Virus record (IMG/VR): IMGVR_UViG_3300042555_002918
Coordinates: 1 to 64,000 of that record
From: a virus
Length of the DNA: 64,000 nt
Direction: 5' to 3' (one strand)
Under the pieces are notes generated by a model that saw only the letters and a program-made list of their open reading frames with translations, searched no databases and was not told the DNA's origin. Each line of letters opens with the position of its first letter. Within the stretch, counting starts at the first letter, position 1. Shown piece by piece: positions 49,620 to 58,795 of this stretch. The position numbers and the translations under genes were made by a program.

Positions 49620-50759
49620 CGGAATGTAGAAAAGGTCAAATTGGAGGGATCACTAAAGGGTAATGCTCTAGCCTTGCCCAGTTTTCGTATCGTTTATCGA
49701 TATGAAAGACCAAATCCTGATTGGCGATGCCTTAGAGATCTTAAAGACCCTACCAGACGGCATCATTAACACCTGTGTTACGTCTCCACCTTATTTTGGC
49801 CTCCGGGACTATGGCGTTGATGGTCAAATAGGATTGGAGCAAGGCCCAGAGCAGTTCATTCAAAAATTGGTAGAGGTGTTTCGTGAGGTCCGTCGTGTTC
49901 TAAGGGACGATGGGACACTGTGGGTCAACATCGGGGATAGTTATGCAACGATGCAGCGCAGTGGAAAAAAAGAATCTCCAGGGGTTGGAGCCAAACAAGC
50001 GATGCCTCCCATTAGAACAAAAATTAGGTGGGGGAAGGGTGGCGGTACAAATTTCTGGTGGCGTATTCCAACTGAAAAGTACGGGGATTTAAAACCCAAA
50101 GACCTCATAGGAATCCCTTGGATGCTTGCCTTTGCGCTTCGTGCGGATGGCTGGCACTTAAGGCAAGACACCATCTGGCATAAGCCAAACTCAATGCCTG
50201 AGAGTGTTAAAGACCGCTGCACCAAGGCGCATGAGTACATATTTCTACTAAGCAAATCTCCAAAGTATTACTTTGATAGCGAAGCTATACAAGAGCCGTC
50301 CGTTTCCACTCATCCTTCAGGTAATGGGTTTAAGAGAGAATGTCGGCTTTCGTACAAAGATAAAAATGGCGCAAGAGGAAATGATCAGCCATGGCAAGTA
50401 AAGCCTACTCGTAATCGCCGCTCGGTGTGGAGCGTAAATACAAAACCTTTCAAGGAGGCACATTTTGCAACATTTCCGGAGAAGCTAGTAGAGCCTTGTA
50501 TTCTAGCAGGCTCCCCGAAGGGTGGCTTGGTGCTTGATCCCTTTTTTGGGGCGGGGACTACGGGACTTGTAGCAAAGAAGCTTGGGCGAAATTACCTCGG
50601 TGTAGAGATCAATCCAAAGTACGCACAAATTGCAAGTGAGAGAATTGACAAATGGTTAATCTCAAACGTCTTGCCGGTAGATCACATTTTTGAATGATAA
50701 CTCATTGGACAGCGGGGCGAGCCCATCGAGCACTGGTCGCGGAATGTAGAAAAGGTCAA
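49620..50759 (+). repeat. 20-bp perfect direct repeat CGGAATGTAGAAAAGGTCAA flanking the methyltransferase
   Basis: Copies at 49620-49639 and 50740-50759. Confidence 0.85.
49702..50697 (+). CDS. Orphan N4/N6 DNA methyltransferase (beta class)
   Basis: TSPPY catalytic motif precedes HFATFP and VLDPFFGAGTT SAM-binding motif. Confidence 0.92.
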   Translation: MKDQILIGDALEILKTLPDGIINTCVTSPPYFGLRDYGVDGQIGLEQGPEQFIQKLVEVFREVRRVLRDDGTLWVNIGDSYATMQRSGKKESPGVGAKQAMPPIRTKIRWGKGGGTNFWWRIPTEKYGDLKPKDLIGIPWMLAFALRADGWHLRQDTIWHKPNSMPESVKDRCTKAHEYIFLLSKSPKYYFDSEAIQEPSVSTHPSGNGFKRECRLSYKDKNGARGNDQPWQVKPTRNRRSVWSVNTKPFKEAHFATFPEKLVEPCILAGSPKGGLVLDPFFGAGTTGLVAKKLGRNYLGVEINPKYAQIASERIDKWLISNVLPVDHIFE

Positions 50760-50795
50760 GTTTGTCGAAGGATTAGGGACTTTCGTATCTACCCT

Positions 50796-51116
50796 TTAAG
50801 GCTTGATTGCTTGTGCGTGGGGCAATACTCGATTTTGATGGCGGGTGATTTTAGCCGCACCTATTCGGTGGTGAAACCTGATAGCGGCCAATGCCTCGTC
50901 TTCTGTGTCGTAACTCCCTTTATGAACACTAATGTCATCATCTGTCACGGAAGAGTGAAATTTGCCGTTTAACTGAGTGTATGAACCAAGAAGTTTCCCT
51001 TTAGTCTCAACATCCACTGAGCTACCCCTATGAACAAGGTCCATAGGAGTCTTTTGCTCAATGAGATGAGCATCAATCTCTTCCGTGATAATGTCTTGTT
51101 CGGTCTTCTTGCTCAT
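50796..51116 (-). CDS. Putative internal head protein
   Basis: MSKKTEQDIITEEIDAHLIE leader; TATAAATA at 51125-51132. Confidence 0.7.
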   Translation of the reverse strand: MSKKTEQDIITEEIDAHLIEQKTPMDLVHRGSSVDVETKGKLLGSYTQLNGKFHSSVTDDDISVHKGSYDTEDEALAAIRFHHRIGAAKITRHQNRVLPHAQAIKP

Positions 51117-51225
51117 AGAGAGTCTATTTATAGAGAGTGAGAAGGAGCGGTGTTAAGCAGTTACATGGGCTTATGCCCCTAGAAAGTGCTTCGGGGTGAG
51201 GGTATAATTATGGTATAATTATGGT

Positions 51226-51402
51226 ATGGCGTTTGAGTTCGACCCCGCTGCTGTCATTTATGGCGAGGAGAGATTCCTCCCTATTGGTAAGGTCGGACCG
51301 TTTTACTGGACAGATGTTATCACTTACCGTTTCGGTAAGGTGAGATTTATATCGGTTAGGAGATCACGTGACACAGAGAAAAAGCTCCACCAAAGCACTT
51401 AA
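51226..51402 (+). pseudogene. BrnT-like toxin with internal deletion (58 aa)
   Basis: MAFEFDP joined almost directly to GEERF..IG...R.ISVRR; the N..KHG.DF block is absent. Confidence 0.7.
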
Positions 51403-51634
51403 GCCCATTACGGCAAAAGAGTTTGATGAAAAGTTTGACGCCGGAGAGGACGTCTCGGAACACATTCAGTGGGACAAGGCCGTTCGGCATGAGCCAAACA
51501 AGGTAAGACGGGTCAACATCGATTTCCCTGAGTGGATGATTAGAGAGCTTGACGTAAAGGCGGATCGTCTTGGGATCGCCAGACAGTCACTTGTAAAGAT
51601 GTGGGTAGCTGAGAAGTTAAAGGCGGAGAAGTGA
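51368..51634 (+). CDS. BrnA/CopG-family antitoxin
   Basis: A.EFD.KFD.GED, RRVNIDFP.WM...LD..A..LG..RQS..K.W..E.L. Confidence 0.85.
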   Translation: MTQRKSSTKALKPITAKEFDEKFDAGEDVSEHIQWDKAVRHEPNKVRRVNIDFPEWMIRELDVKADRLGIARQSLVKMWVAEKLKAEK

Positions 51635-51644
51635 GCCTTGTAAA

Positions 51645-52238
51645 CTAATCCCTTCTAGCTGCCGCTCGAACTGCCCAGTGTGGGTCCTTAGCAGCTTTTT
51701 CTAAGTGTGATGGTTTGGCGCTTGGATTCTCTGCCGCTCCCATACGGACCATGTAGTCATTATCTGAGAGAGCCTTCTCAATGTGGTGGTCTTTAGCAAC
51801 AGGGTTCTTTGCCGCAGCGTGTCTTACTACCCAATCCTCATCGGAAAGTCCTTTTTCAATGTGGTGGTCTTGAGCCTTTGGGTGACGGGCTGCCATGAAG
51901 CGTCGCTCTGAATCGTGGTCACCGATTGCACGGTCTAAATCGATCTCAAACCCGTGGTTATCAACCTTAGTTGAAATGGATTCGGCGATGATATCTTGTT
52001 CGGTCTTTTTCCCCTCTAAGAGCTTAGCTATCTCTTGGTCGGTATGCCCGGATTGTTTCAAAGACTTTACCGCGTGCTCCCTTCCTTTATGTCGGGCGAT
52101 GAGCTTTGCTGCTTCAGACTTTGACATGCCACCAAGGAGCGATGCTCCGGCGTCACTCATTTTGAGTGTTGATGCTGCAATTTTTAACTGATGCTTAACT
52201 GCATCTTCAGTAAGCGATAGTGTGGTCTTTTTGGACAT
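51645..52238 (-). CDS. Putative internal protein with HEAT/LRV repeats
   Basis: MSKKT start, internal KKTEQDIIAESI, 25-aa HHIEK.LSD.D..VR..AA.NP repeats. Confidence 0.75.
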   Translation of the reverse strand: MSKKTTLSLTEDAVKHQLKIAASTLKMSDAGASLLGGMSKSEAAKLIARHKGREHAVKSLKQSGHTDQEIAKLLEGKKTEQDIIAESISTKVDNHGFEIDLDRAIGDHDSERRFMAARHPKAQDHHIEKGLSDEDWVVRHAAAKNPVAKDHHIEKALSDNDYMVRMGAAENPSAKPSHLEKAAKDPHWAVRAAARRD

Positions 52239-52241
52239 ACC

Positions 52242-52484
52242 CTATTCCTTTTCGCGCTCTACTTTATGCTCAGGTACTTTTATAGACTCGTATTCACCGA
52301 CGTCCACAACGTAGAAGGGGCTTCCGTGGCGGTAGCCTTGGTCATATCGGACAACTTTGCCTGATGTCATTTTGCCCTTATGCGGCACTCTCACCTTGGT
52401 TCCTTCTGGGTGACCACGTAAAGCCTCTCCAAGGTAGGTCTCAATTGACTCAGCAATAAGGTCCTGTTCTGACTTTTTGGACAT
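52242..52484 (-). CDS. Putative internal protein (SH3/KOW-like)
   Basis: MSKKSEQDLIAESIETYLGE leader; GTKVRV....GKVV...FYVVD. Confidence 0.7.
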   Translation of the reverse strand: MSKKSEQDLIAESIETYLGEALRGHPEGTKVRVPHKGKMTSGKVVRYDQGYRHGSPFYVVDVGEYESIKVPEHKVEREKE

Positions 52485-52524
52485 AGTGAGCCCTTTCATT
52501 GGGGGATGATTCTTAAATTACTTG

Positions 52525-53232
52525 CTACTTAGTCTCATCGTCCAGAAAGTCAGAGAAGTGACCCCAACCGTCCTTTTTAAGAAGACCTCTTTCGTAGGCC
52601 GCTTTTCTAAGTCCGCTCTGTACCCGTTGAGATGCCCAGTGGGTTTTATGAGCTTTGCCTGCTGGTCCGCTACTTTCTCGGTACGCGCTTCGCTGCTCTT
52701 CAGACCATTCACCTGGGTGTGCAGGAAGGTCTCTCGTTCTTGTCTGATGCGCCGCAATCAATTCCTGATATTTCTTCTCGGACCTTTGATGAATGTCATC
52801 AACGCGCTTTACTCTCTGCTTAAGCTCCTCGGGGCTAATCTTCATGCCATGCTTATATGCAAGCTGCTCAGGAGCCCACGCTTTCTTAGCCCTGGCCTTG
52901 TCGTCAGAGATAGCCTCACTCACACCGCCGTATCGTAAGGCTGCATGTTTGGCCTTTATCCCCTCCAACTCGGCCTTCTCCTCAGCGGCCCTATCTGCCA
53001 TGAGCACCGTCTGGAGATCGTGGTGACGCCCAAACTTGCTAGCGTTCTTTTCAAATCCTGCCTTGTCGCCCTTAGCCTTTGCGGCCTCGGCGGCCTTGTC
53101 GCTCTTTGCGATGCTTTTATCCGCTTTTTGAATAATGCGATTTATCTTGGCGAGCTTTGAGTCACCAATCTTTTCCTGAAGGTCAGAGTCGATAGCTTCA
53201 GCGATTAACTCTTGTTCGGTTTTCTTGGTCAT
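52525..53232 (-). CDS. Putative internal polyprotein
   Basis: MTKKTEQELIAEAIDSDLQE leader; modules shared with 48012 and 53245. Confidence 0.7.
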   Translation of the reverse strand: MTKKTEQELIAEAIDSDLQEKIGDSKLAKINRIIQKADKSIAKSDKAAEAAKAKGDKAGFEKNASKFGRHHDLQTVLMADRAAEEKAELEGIKAKHAALRYGGVSEAISDDKARAKKAWAPEQLAYKHGMKISPEELKQRVKRVDDIHQRSEKKYQELIAAHQTRTRDLPAHPGEWSEEQRSAYRESSGPAGKAHKTHWASQRVQSGLRKAAYERGLLKKDGWGHFSDFLDDETK

Positions 53233-53244
53233 AATTATCTCAAA

Positions 53245-54033
53245 TTAAAACCCGCCATTGTTGTCCCAGTCATCCTTTGCACTGTGCATCCCGTGAGCAA
53301 ACGCTCGAAGGCGCGAGGAAAGGTGTTTGTAGTGCTCCTTTTTGGCAGGGTCAGATTCTTTTGATGATCGCTCTTGGTAGGTATCAGAGTGGCTGTTGAG
53401 CTTGTCGATGTAGCGGGTGTGATGGAAGTCATCACCTTTGGACTGTTTGAGCATCTTCTTTCCAAACTCATACCCTAAGTCCATAGGGCGGCTAACGCGC
53501 TTAGAGAACCCTTCAGGCTCACCTGTAATGTGCCCAAGTTTTCCAGGGAGCTTATGCTTTGCTGCGTAGTCTCTGACTTTACCGTAGACGTTTACGGCCT
53601 TGGCCACATTAGCGTCTTTTTGGTCTTCAAGGTCGTCAAACTCTTTATGGCTAATGTAGGGGTCATCCTTTTGAGCTTGGGTGAGGTCTCGGTTCTTATC
53701 CTGGAGGTCAAGGTACGCCTTTGTAAAGACGCGCTCTGCCTTCTTGGCTTTGTCGTCAGAGATAGCCTCTTTGAGACTCTTTTTAATTTCAATGGTGGGC
53801 TTTTTGTCCTCTCCACCGCGCATAAAAGGCTCTTTGGTCCGATGCTTCCAATCAAAATCAAGTTGCTTCAGGCGTTTCTTTGCATCCTCTTCGGAGGAAT
53901 GTGAGCTTTCAAGCTTCCCGTCTATGAACACTTGATGAACCTCTCTAGCTTCGGCGATTAGTTCACGCACGAGGGAGGTCTCAGTGAGGTCGATGGCTTC
54001 CGCGATTAACTCTTGTTCGGTTTTCTTGCTCAT
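53245..54033 (-). CDS. Putative internal polyprotein
   Basis: MSKKTEQELIAEAI leader; LKEAISDDKA site; TATAAATA at 54041-54048 heads a four-gene run. Confidence 0.7.
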   Translation of the reverse strand: MSKKTEQELIAEAIDLTETSLVRELIAEAREVHQVFIDGKLESSHSSEEDAKKRLKQLDFDWKHRTKEPFMRGGEDKKPTIEIKKSLKEAISDDKAKKAERVFTKAYLDLQDKNRDLTQAQKDDPYISHKEFDDLEDQKDANVAKAVNVYGKVRDYAAKHKLPGKLGHITGEPEGFSKRVSRPMDLGYEFGKKMLKQSKGDDFHHTRYIDKLNSHSDTYQERSSKESDPAKKEHYKHLSSRLRAFAHGMHSAKDDWDNNGGF

Positions 54034-54078
54034 AGAGGTCTATTTATAGAGAGTTACAAGGTGCTATCTCGATTTGAC

Positions 54079-54713
54079 CTACTCATCAGTAGGCCCCTCT
54101 GGCATCTCCATCCAATGAGTCACGGTGTTTCCGTAGATAAGCCCTGACCACGCAGCTTGATAGGGATTCCAATAGAGAGCTTCCATGTATTTAATCTGCC
54201 CGTTGGTCACGTGAACCAAGTACTGTGAATAGGTTGATGGGAGATGATCCTTGACGTTTACCCATTTGGGCGTTGCCGCAATGTACCCGGCCAAAAAGTA
54301 CACATTGGGATCAGGTGGTGATATGGACTCAACAGGCGGCGTTTCACTCATGGTCACTACTCTAGTTAAGACAAGGCACTGAGTAACATTCACCTTTGAC
54401 CAAAAGGAGCCTTAGGCAGCACAGTCCAATACACGGGCGCTTGAGTCCTCACCTCATAGGAGAACTCATTAAGTGTGCCTGATATCACCCCTAACGATGG
54501 AATAGACCACAGTACATCCCTTTCAGGTTCCGGGGTCTCCTCTCTAAGACTCACCCACTCGGGAGCTCGTCCCATTTGGTACCCCAACGCAAAGCACTGG
54601 TGGCAGTCGGTCCATTCATGGGGAGAAAGGTCATAGACATTCTCTAGGGTCTCACGCGCAAGGTCTTTAATGCTCTTTTTCATATCCATTCCCCTATCCA
54701 ATTCTATCCACAA
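54079..54713 (-). CDS. Two DUF551-like genes (54079-54351, 54390-54713)
   Basis: WV.V...P....VTHWMEMP and WVSL...P....YW..LP..P; GGGAATGTTG-N19-TACGGT promoter. Confidence 0.6.
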
Positions 54714-54949
54714 AAGTGTTGAAAACTTTGATTAGCCGAGACCGTACATGGTAAGCTCTCCCCTACAACATTCCCCTATGGGAATACTTCGTATGGGTAG
54801 AAGGCTTCATGTCACCTCGTCTTAAGAGGAACTTGGAATTTGTTTGACGTTTTCCAGATTTCGTAAATCAGAGGATCTTGGATTTTGGCGCTGGAGGCTA
54901 AAGTTTTGTTTGAAAGGTGACGATGTAAGAGAGGACGTGTTTGTCTGGC

Positions 54950-55279
54950 TTACTTCCCTTTAAGGCGCGCCGCGTCTCGGTCCGCTCGAATCTCACTCTT
55001 AAACTTCTTGGTGAAGGACTGATTGAAAGTCTGGAGGCGCTTAAAGGCGATATCAAAGTTCTGCTTGTGAGCTTTGAAGTCGGGCGAGTTTCTTACATGG
55101 TCAGGGGTGAGTCCGTTCTCTAACTTTGGGAACTTCGACAGTTCAGCTTTATGTCGAGAGACGTCCGCCTCAAGTGAATCTCTCGCCTGCTTCGCCCGTG
55201 CGTAGAGGTCATCTTGGCTTTCTGTCACGAATGACCTAATAGCCTCTGCGATAATCTCCCTGGCATCTTTTTTGCTCAT
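54950..55279 (-). CDS. Putative internal protein
   Basis: MSKKDAREIIAEAIRSFVTE leader; CTAAATA at 55286-55292. Confidence 0.7.
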   Translation of the reverse strand: MSKKDAREIIAEAIRSFVTESQDDLYARAKQARDSLEADVSRHKAELSKFPKLENGLTPDHVRNSPDFKAHKQNFDIAFKRLQTFNQSFTKKFKSEIRADRDAARLKGK

Positions 55280-55847
55280 GCCATCTATTTAGAGTGGGCG
55301 AATGAGATAATCGCCTAGGGCGCGAATAGGCTCCTTTAAATCCACAACGGGGAGGGGTAGCAATCTTTCAAACACACCGTCAGTCCGGATCTAGCCTTCG
55401 TCCGCCTTCAAACAACCAGCGTTCTATTCAATCGCTCACCATCCGCAAAGGGCGATTTTGAGACTATGAAAAATTACGAGAAGTAGAGTAAGTAGCTTAT
55501 AATACTCGGAAACTAGGCGGCCAAGGCCCTAATTTCATTCACCTTTCTTTGATATCGAGAACATGTGCCCCGTGGTAATTCTCACAAAGTAACTCTTTGG
55601 GAAGGTTTTACGTGTGACGATACCTTTTATGGCATGAGGTTACCTCTTCCCCCATCTGATAAGGCACTTGTCCATGAAGCTTTAGGTCCACAGGGCTCTC
55701 TGGCGTCTCATATCACACATTCACAGTGGCTCACCGCGTATCTCTTATGTGACGGGCTCGGGCGTATCGATTTGAAAACTGCACTTGAAGCAGACTTTGA
55801 TTGGACCCATGTCAGGGACTCTTCCCCTAAAGGATTAAAGAGAGATG

Positions 55848-56309
55848 CTAGCTACCTTCGTTCTCTGAGTGGAAAGGATTAAGCCTTAACACTGGTGGTT
55901 CATAGTGAGAGGTTTCAAGTCCAAGGATAGCTCTTACCTCCTCTATCGTTTGAGCCTTAGCTATTTGTTCTAGGAGATGTTTTAACTGTTTAATCTCTTC
56001 CGCCTTTGAAATCTTTCTCTCTAAGCTTGGTGTGGTTGGGTCAGCTTCCCAAACATAGGCAATCTTTCCCGTGACTCGACATGGACGCTTTGCAGTGGGC
56101 TTTATGAGCCCGTCCTCTTCAAGGGCTGAGAAGCGACACCGAAGCATGAGATATGACCCCGTTGTGCGTTCATAGTGAGCCTCTATTTCCCTCTGTGTGG
56201 ATGGACCTAACTCTTTTAAGAGCTTGTACACGATCCCTTTTTGAGTCTGGAGGAACCCGTTTGATACAAGGTCCTCGTAGGCTTCGTTGCTTGTGTCTTT
56301 TCGTCCCAT
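55848..56309 (-). CDS. Winged-HTH DNA-binding protein
   Basis: TS.EAY, VY.LL...GP.T..EI, R.S.L...GLI....R.C..TG....W. Confidence 0.7.
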   Translation of the reverse strand: MGRKDTSNEAYEDLVSNGFLQTQKGIVYKLLKELGPSTQREIEAHYERTTGSYLMLRCRFSALEEDGLIKPTAKRPCRVTGKIAYVWEADPTTPSLERKISKAEEIKQLKHLLEQIAKAQTIEEVRAILGLETSHYEPPVLRLNPFHSENEGS

Positions 56310-56391
56310 GCCCCTTACCTTAAGGAGTTAGGGGATCGCCCGAGCATTACCTTTTAAAAGCGTTTGAAGGCGGACTAGGGGACATGATACC

Positions 56392-56592
56392 ATGGGGGAT
56401 ATGAGAGCTAGTGTCGCTTTTGAAAAGCTAAGGGCAGAGGAGCCAAGGGCCAATTACCGAAAGCTCTTTGGGACCATTGTTCTCTTTACGGTCCTTGTCG
56501 TAGTAGCGATTACCCTAAAGCTCTTTACCCATGTGCTTGATAGGGCTCTTGGGTTAGACAAAAAGGGTAAGGGGTTATTCAATCCCTTTTGA
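56392..56592 (+). CDS. Small membrane protein
   Basis: One hydrophobic helix; motif promoter upstream. Confidence 0.5.
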   Translation: MGDMRASVAFEKLRAEEPRANYRKLFGTIVLFTVLVVVAITLKLFTHVLDRALGLDKKGKGLFNPF

Positions 56593-56901
56593 TTGAGCCA
56601 GAGCTTTCCATCTCTCTTTAAACCGTGCCTGCCGCTCAATTATTGCGGTTATCTCTTCCCGTGTCTTAGTGGTATGGAGAGGGGTTAAGAGGAACTGAAG
56701 CCTTATTTCATCTTTTAAATGGGCAAGAGATGCTGTCTCGATATGGGACTCATTCTTCTCGCACTCCTGCAGGGCATCAAAGAGCTGCTTAGTCTTTTCC
56801 TCATAGACCGTATAGAGCGCATAGCGAAGGAAGCTCTTTTGAGAGTTTGAGAACCCTTCGGTTATCGTATCAAGCATCTCGTTAAAGAATGTTTCAAACA
56901 T
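56575..56901 (-). CDS. Hypothetical protein
   Basis: Helical ORF; CTAAATA upstream. Confidence 0.55.
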   Translation of the reverse strand: MFETFFNEMLDTITEGFSNSQKSFLRYALYTVYEEKTKQLFDALQECEKNESHIETASLAHLKDEIRLQFLLTPLHTTKTREEITAIIERQARFKERWKALAQSKGIE

Positions 56902-56963
56902 GTTTCACACATATTTCGTTGCCTAGTTCTATTTAGGTTTAGGGAGTAGTCCAAACAAACGCT

Positions 56964-58253
56964 GTGGCGTCTGACCTTGTAAGAGGTCAAATGCAGTTCA
57001 CGTTTGCAAAATGGGTGAGACGGTGGCAGCTACTAGTGGTGGTTGTGTTACTTTTCACACTCACCTCTTCTGCTCGGTGTGAGAGCGTTACATTTAGAGT
57101 ACGAGAGCTCGGGCGCGTTAGGGCCTCTTTGTCAGTAAAAAGAGACTTCCCTGGGCTTAATCTTTCTAAAGACTTCTTCCAAGGTCAGGTACGGTTCACC
57201 TCTCATAGGTTTCCCCTTGCAGCATCAAAGGATTTAGAGACTTTGACACTTACCTTCCCTGGGAAGGCCACAGGGAGTGAAGGGAGAAGACAGAGGCTCT
57301 ATACGGTTAAGGTAACGGGGAAAAGGGTAAAGGTTACAAGTATCCCTCGCTCATATCTACCTCCCGCCTCGTGCGCTGAAGCTCATGAGAGTGGGATAGA
57401 GGAACACAGACCAACTGTTAAGGAATTTTCAGATGTTCAGGCGAAAGAGACCGTACGAGTCATTTCGTTAAGAGCTTTTACAGACCCCGAGTGGCAAAGT
57501 ATCCATGGAGGGAACTCCTCATCTGATGTAGCAAGCGCTATCAATGTGGCAGAAAGCATTTACAACAGGCAGCTTGGGATTCGGTTTAAGGTGTTAAGCA
57601 TTACCTCTCTTCTTGATTCTTTCTTAAACTCTTCCCCCTCTCCCCTTCTCAATGAGTTTAGAGTGAGTCCATCAGCAGAAGGGGAAGCAAACCTAAAGGC
57701 TCTCTTTACAGGGAAAGACATGGACGGAAGCACCATTGGAATAGCCTATGTGGGAGTTGTCTGCTACGCGCCAGAGTACTCATTCAGCGTTACTCAAAGC
57801 TATGGGGCACTTTCAGGAGCCATATTCGCTCATGAGGTTGGACATAACCTTGGCGCCTCTCACGACTTCTATAACCCCGATACGCTCATGTACCCGTCCA
57901 TTGGGACTAACCAATCAGGCTTTAGCCCTTTAAGCCTAGGACAGATTGAAAGCCACCTAAGCTACTTTGGGGAGTGCTTGGGGAGAGACTCAATGACTCC
58001 CCTTCTCTCTGGTGCAAAGCTTAGCGTGAATAGGGGGAAAAAGAGCTTTATCCTTACCCTTCGCTCAACTCGGGGGACGCTTTTGGATGGGGTCTTAGTG
58101 AGATACGCCGTAAATGGGAAAACGGCATCAAAGGTAACTTCTTCTCGTGGGTCTATCGTAATCCCAGTTAAAAGTAAGGGCGTCTTTACAATAGCCGCTC
58201 ATGTCGCAACCGAAACCACAATCACCGCTCGGGCTCGGATACGGTTCAAATAG
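56964..58253 (+). CDS. Secreted M12B/reprolysin-like zinc metalloprotease
   Basis: HEVGHNLGASHD, Met-turn LMYP, GIAYVG..C, signal-like N-terminus. Confidence 0.88.
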   Translation: MASDLVRGQMQFTFAKWVRRWQLLVVVVLLFTLTSSARCESVTFRVRELGRVRASLSVKRDFPGLNLSKDFFQGQVRFTSHRFPLAASKDLETLTLTFPGKATGSEGRRQRLYTVKVTGKRVKVTSIPRSYLPPASCAEAHESGIEEHRPTVKEFSDVQAKETVRVISLRAFTDPEWQSIHGGNSSSDVASAINVAESIYNRQLGIRFKVLSITSLLDSFLNSSPSPLLNEFRVSPSAEGEANLKALFTGKDMDGSTIGIAYVGVVCYAPEYSFSVTQSYGALSGAIFAHEVGHNLGASHDFYNPDTLMYPSIGTNQSGFSPLSLGQIESHLSYFGECLGRDSMTPLLSGAKLSVNRGKKSFILTLRSTRGTLLDGVLVRYAVNGKTASKVTSSRGSIVIPVKSKGVFTIAAHVATETTITARARIRFK

Positions 58254-58257
58254 GGAA

Positions 58258-58512
58258 TTACTTCTTTTTACTTGGAGCTTTCTTTTTAGCGGAAGCCTTC
58301 TTCACGGGGCGTTTTGCGCTGTAAGCGTTCTTAATACACTCAATAAGAGCCTCTGGCTCCGAGTCAGATAGGACGAAGTTATAGCCTAATCCCCTCTCGT
58401 CTATCCCGATAATGGAAAGGGTAATCCCAAACGGAAAGAGCTCTTCCATCTTAGAGATCCCTTCCTGGAGTCCGTCCTCGATTTGCTGAATGGTTAATTG
58501 TTTGCTCATCAA
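58258..58512 (-). CDS. Hypothetical protein with Lys-rich tail
   Basis: ORF ending KKASAKKKAPSKKK. Confidence 0.55.
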   Translation of the reverse strand: MMSKQLTIQQIEDGLQEGISKMEELFPFGITLSIIGIDERGLGYNFVLSDSEPEALIECIKNAYSAKRPVKKASAKKKAPSKKK

Positions 58513-58534
58513 AGGACCTTTTACAAATTAAAGA

Positions 58535-58795
58535 GGGCGCTAGTCGGATTCCCGATTCGTCCACCGACACCTGCCACGTGACCTCTTAGAGTCCTCTTAA
58601 CGGCCGCGAGACCGCCTCTCTTGCTCTCTAAGCGTCACAACAAAACCAGTTGCTGTGCTATTTATTTCAATCGTTTCTCCACTTAAAGGCACGAAAACCG
58701 ACAATGGGACCTGCAAACCTAAACGGTGTTCAAGAAGAAGCACCAACACGCAAGCCGCCGAACCCTTTAAGCTACGATCTTACACCATAGCGCCC
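58535..58795 (-). ncRNA. Candidate ~260-nt structured RNA
   Basis: Ends pair GGGCGCTA/TAGCGCCC; 5' end lies ~7 nt after the -10 of a GGTAATGCTC promoter; no ORF. Confidence 0.5.

Larger units (their letters stand above)
23996..56375. promoter_or_regulatory. Dispersed motif TGTTTGAAGGC[GT]G[AC]C (~16 copies)
   Basis: 23996-, 24047+, 27973-, 28007-, 32122+, 37092+, 38839-, 38929+, 40657+, 42300+, 42407+, 45961+, 47195+, 54907+, 55399-, 56362+; essentially all intergenic. Confidence 0.8.

Noticed and set aside
58535-58795. tmRNA call
   Set aside because: No G3-U70 pair, no canonical T-loop or CCA, and short; kept only as an unknown RNA candidate.
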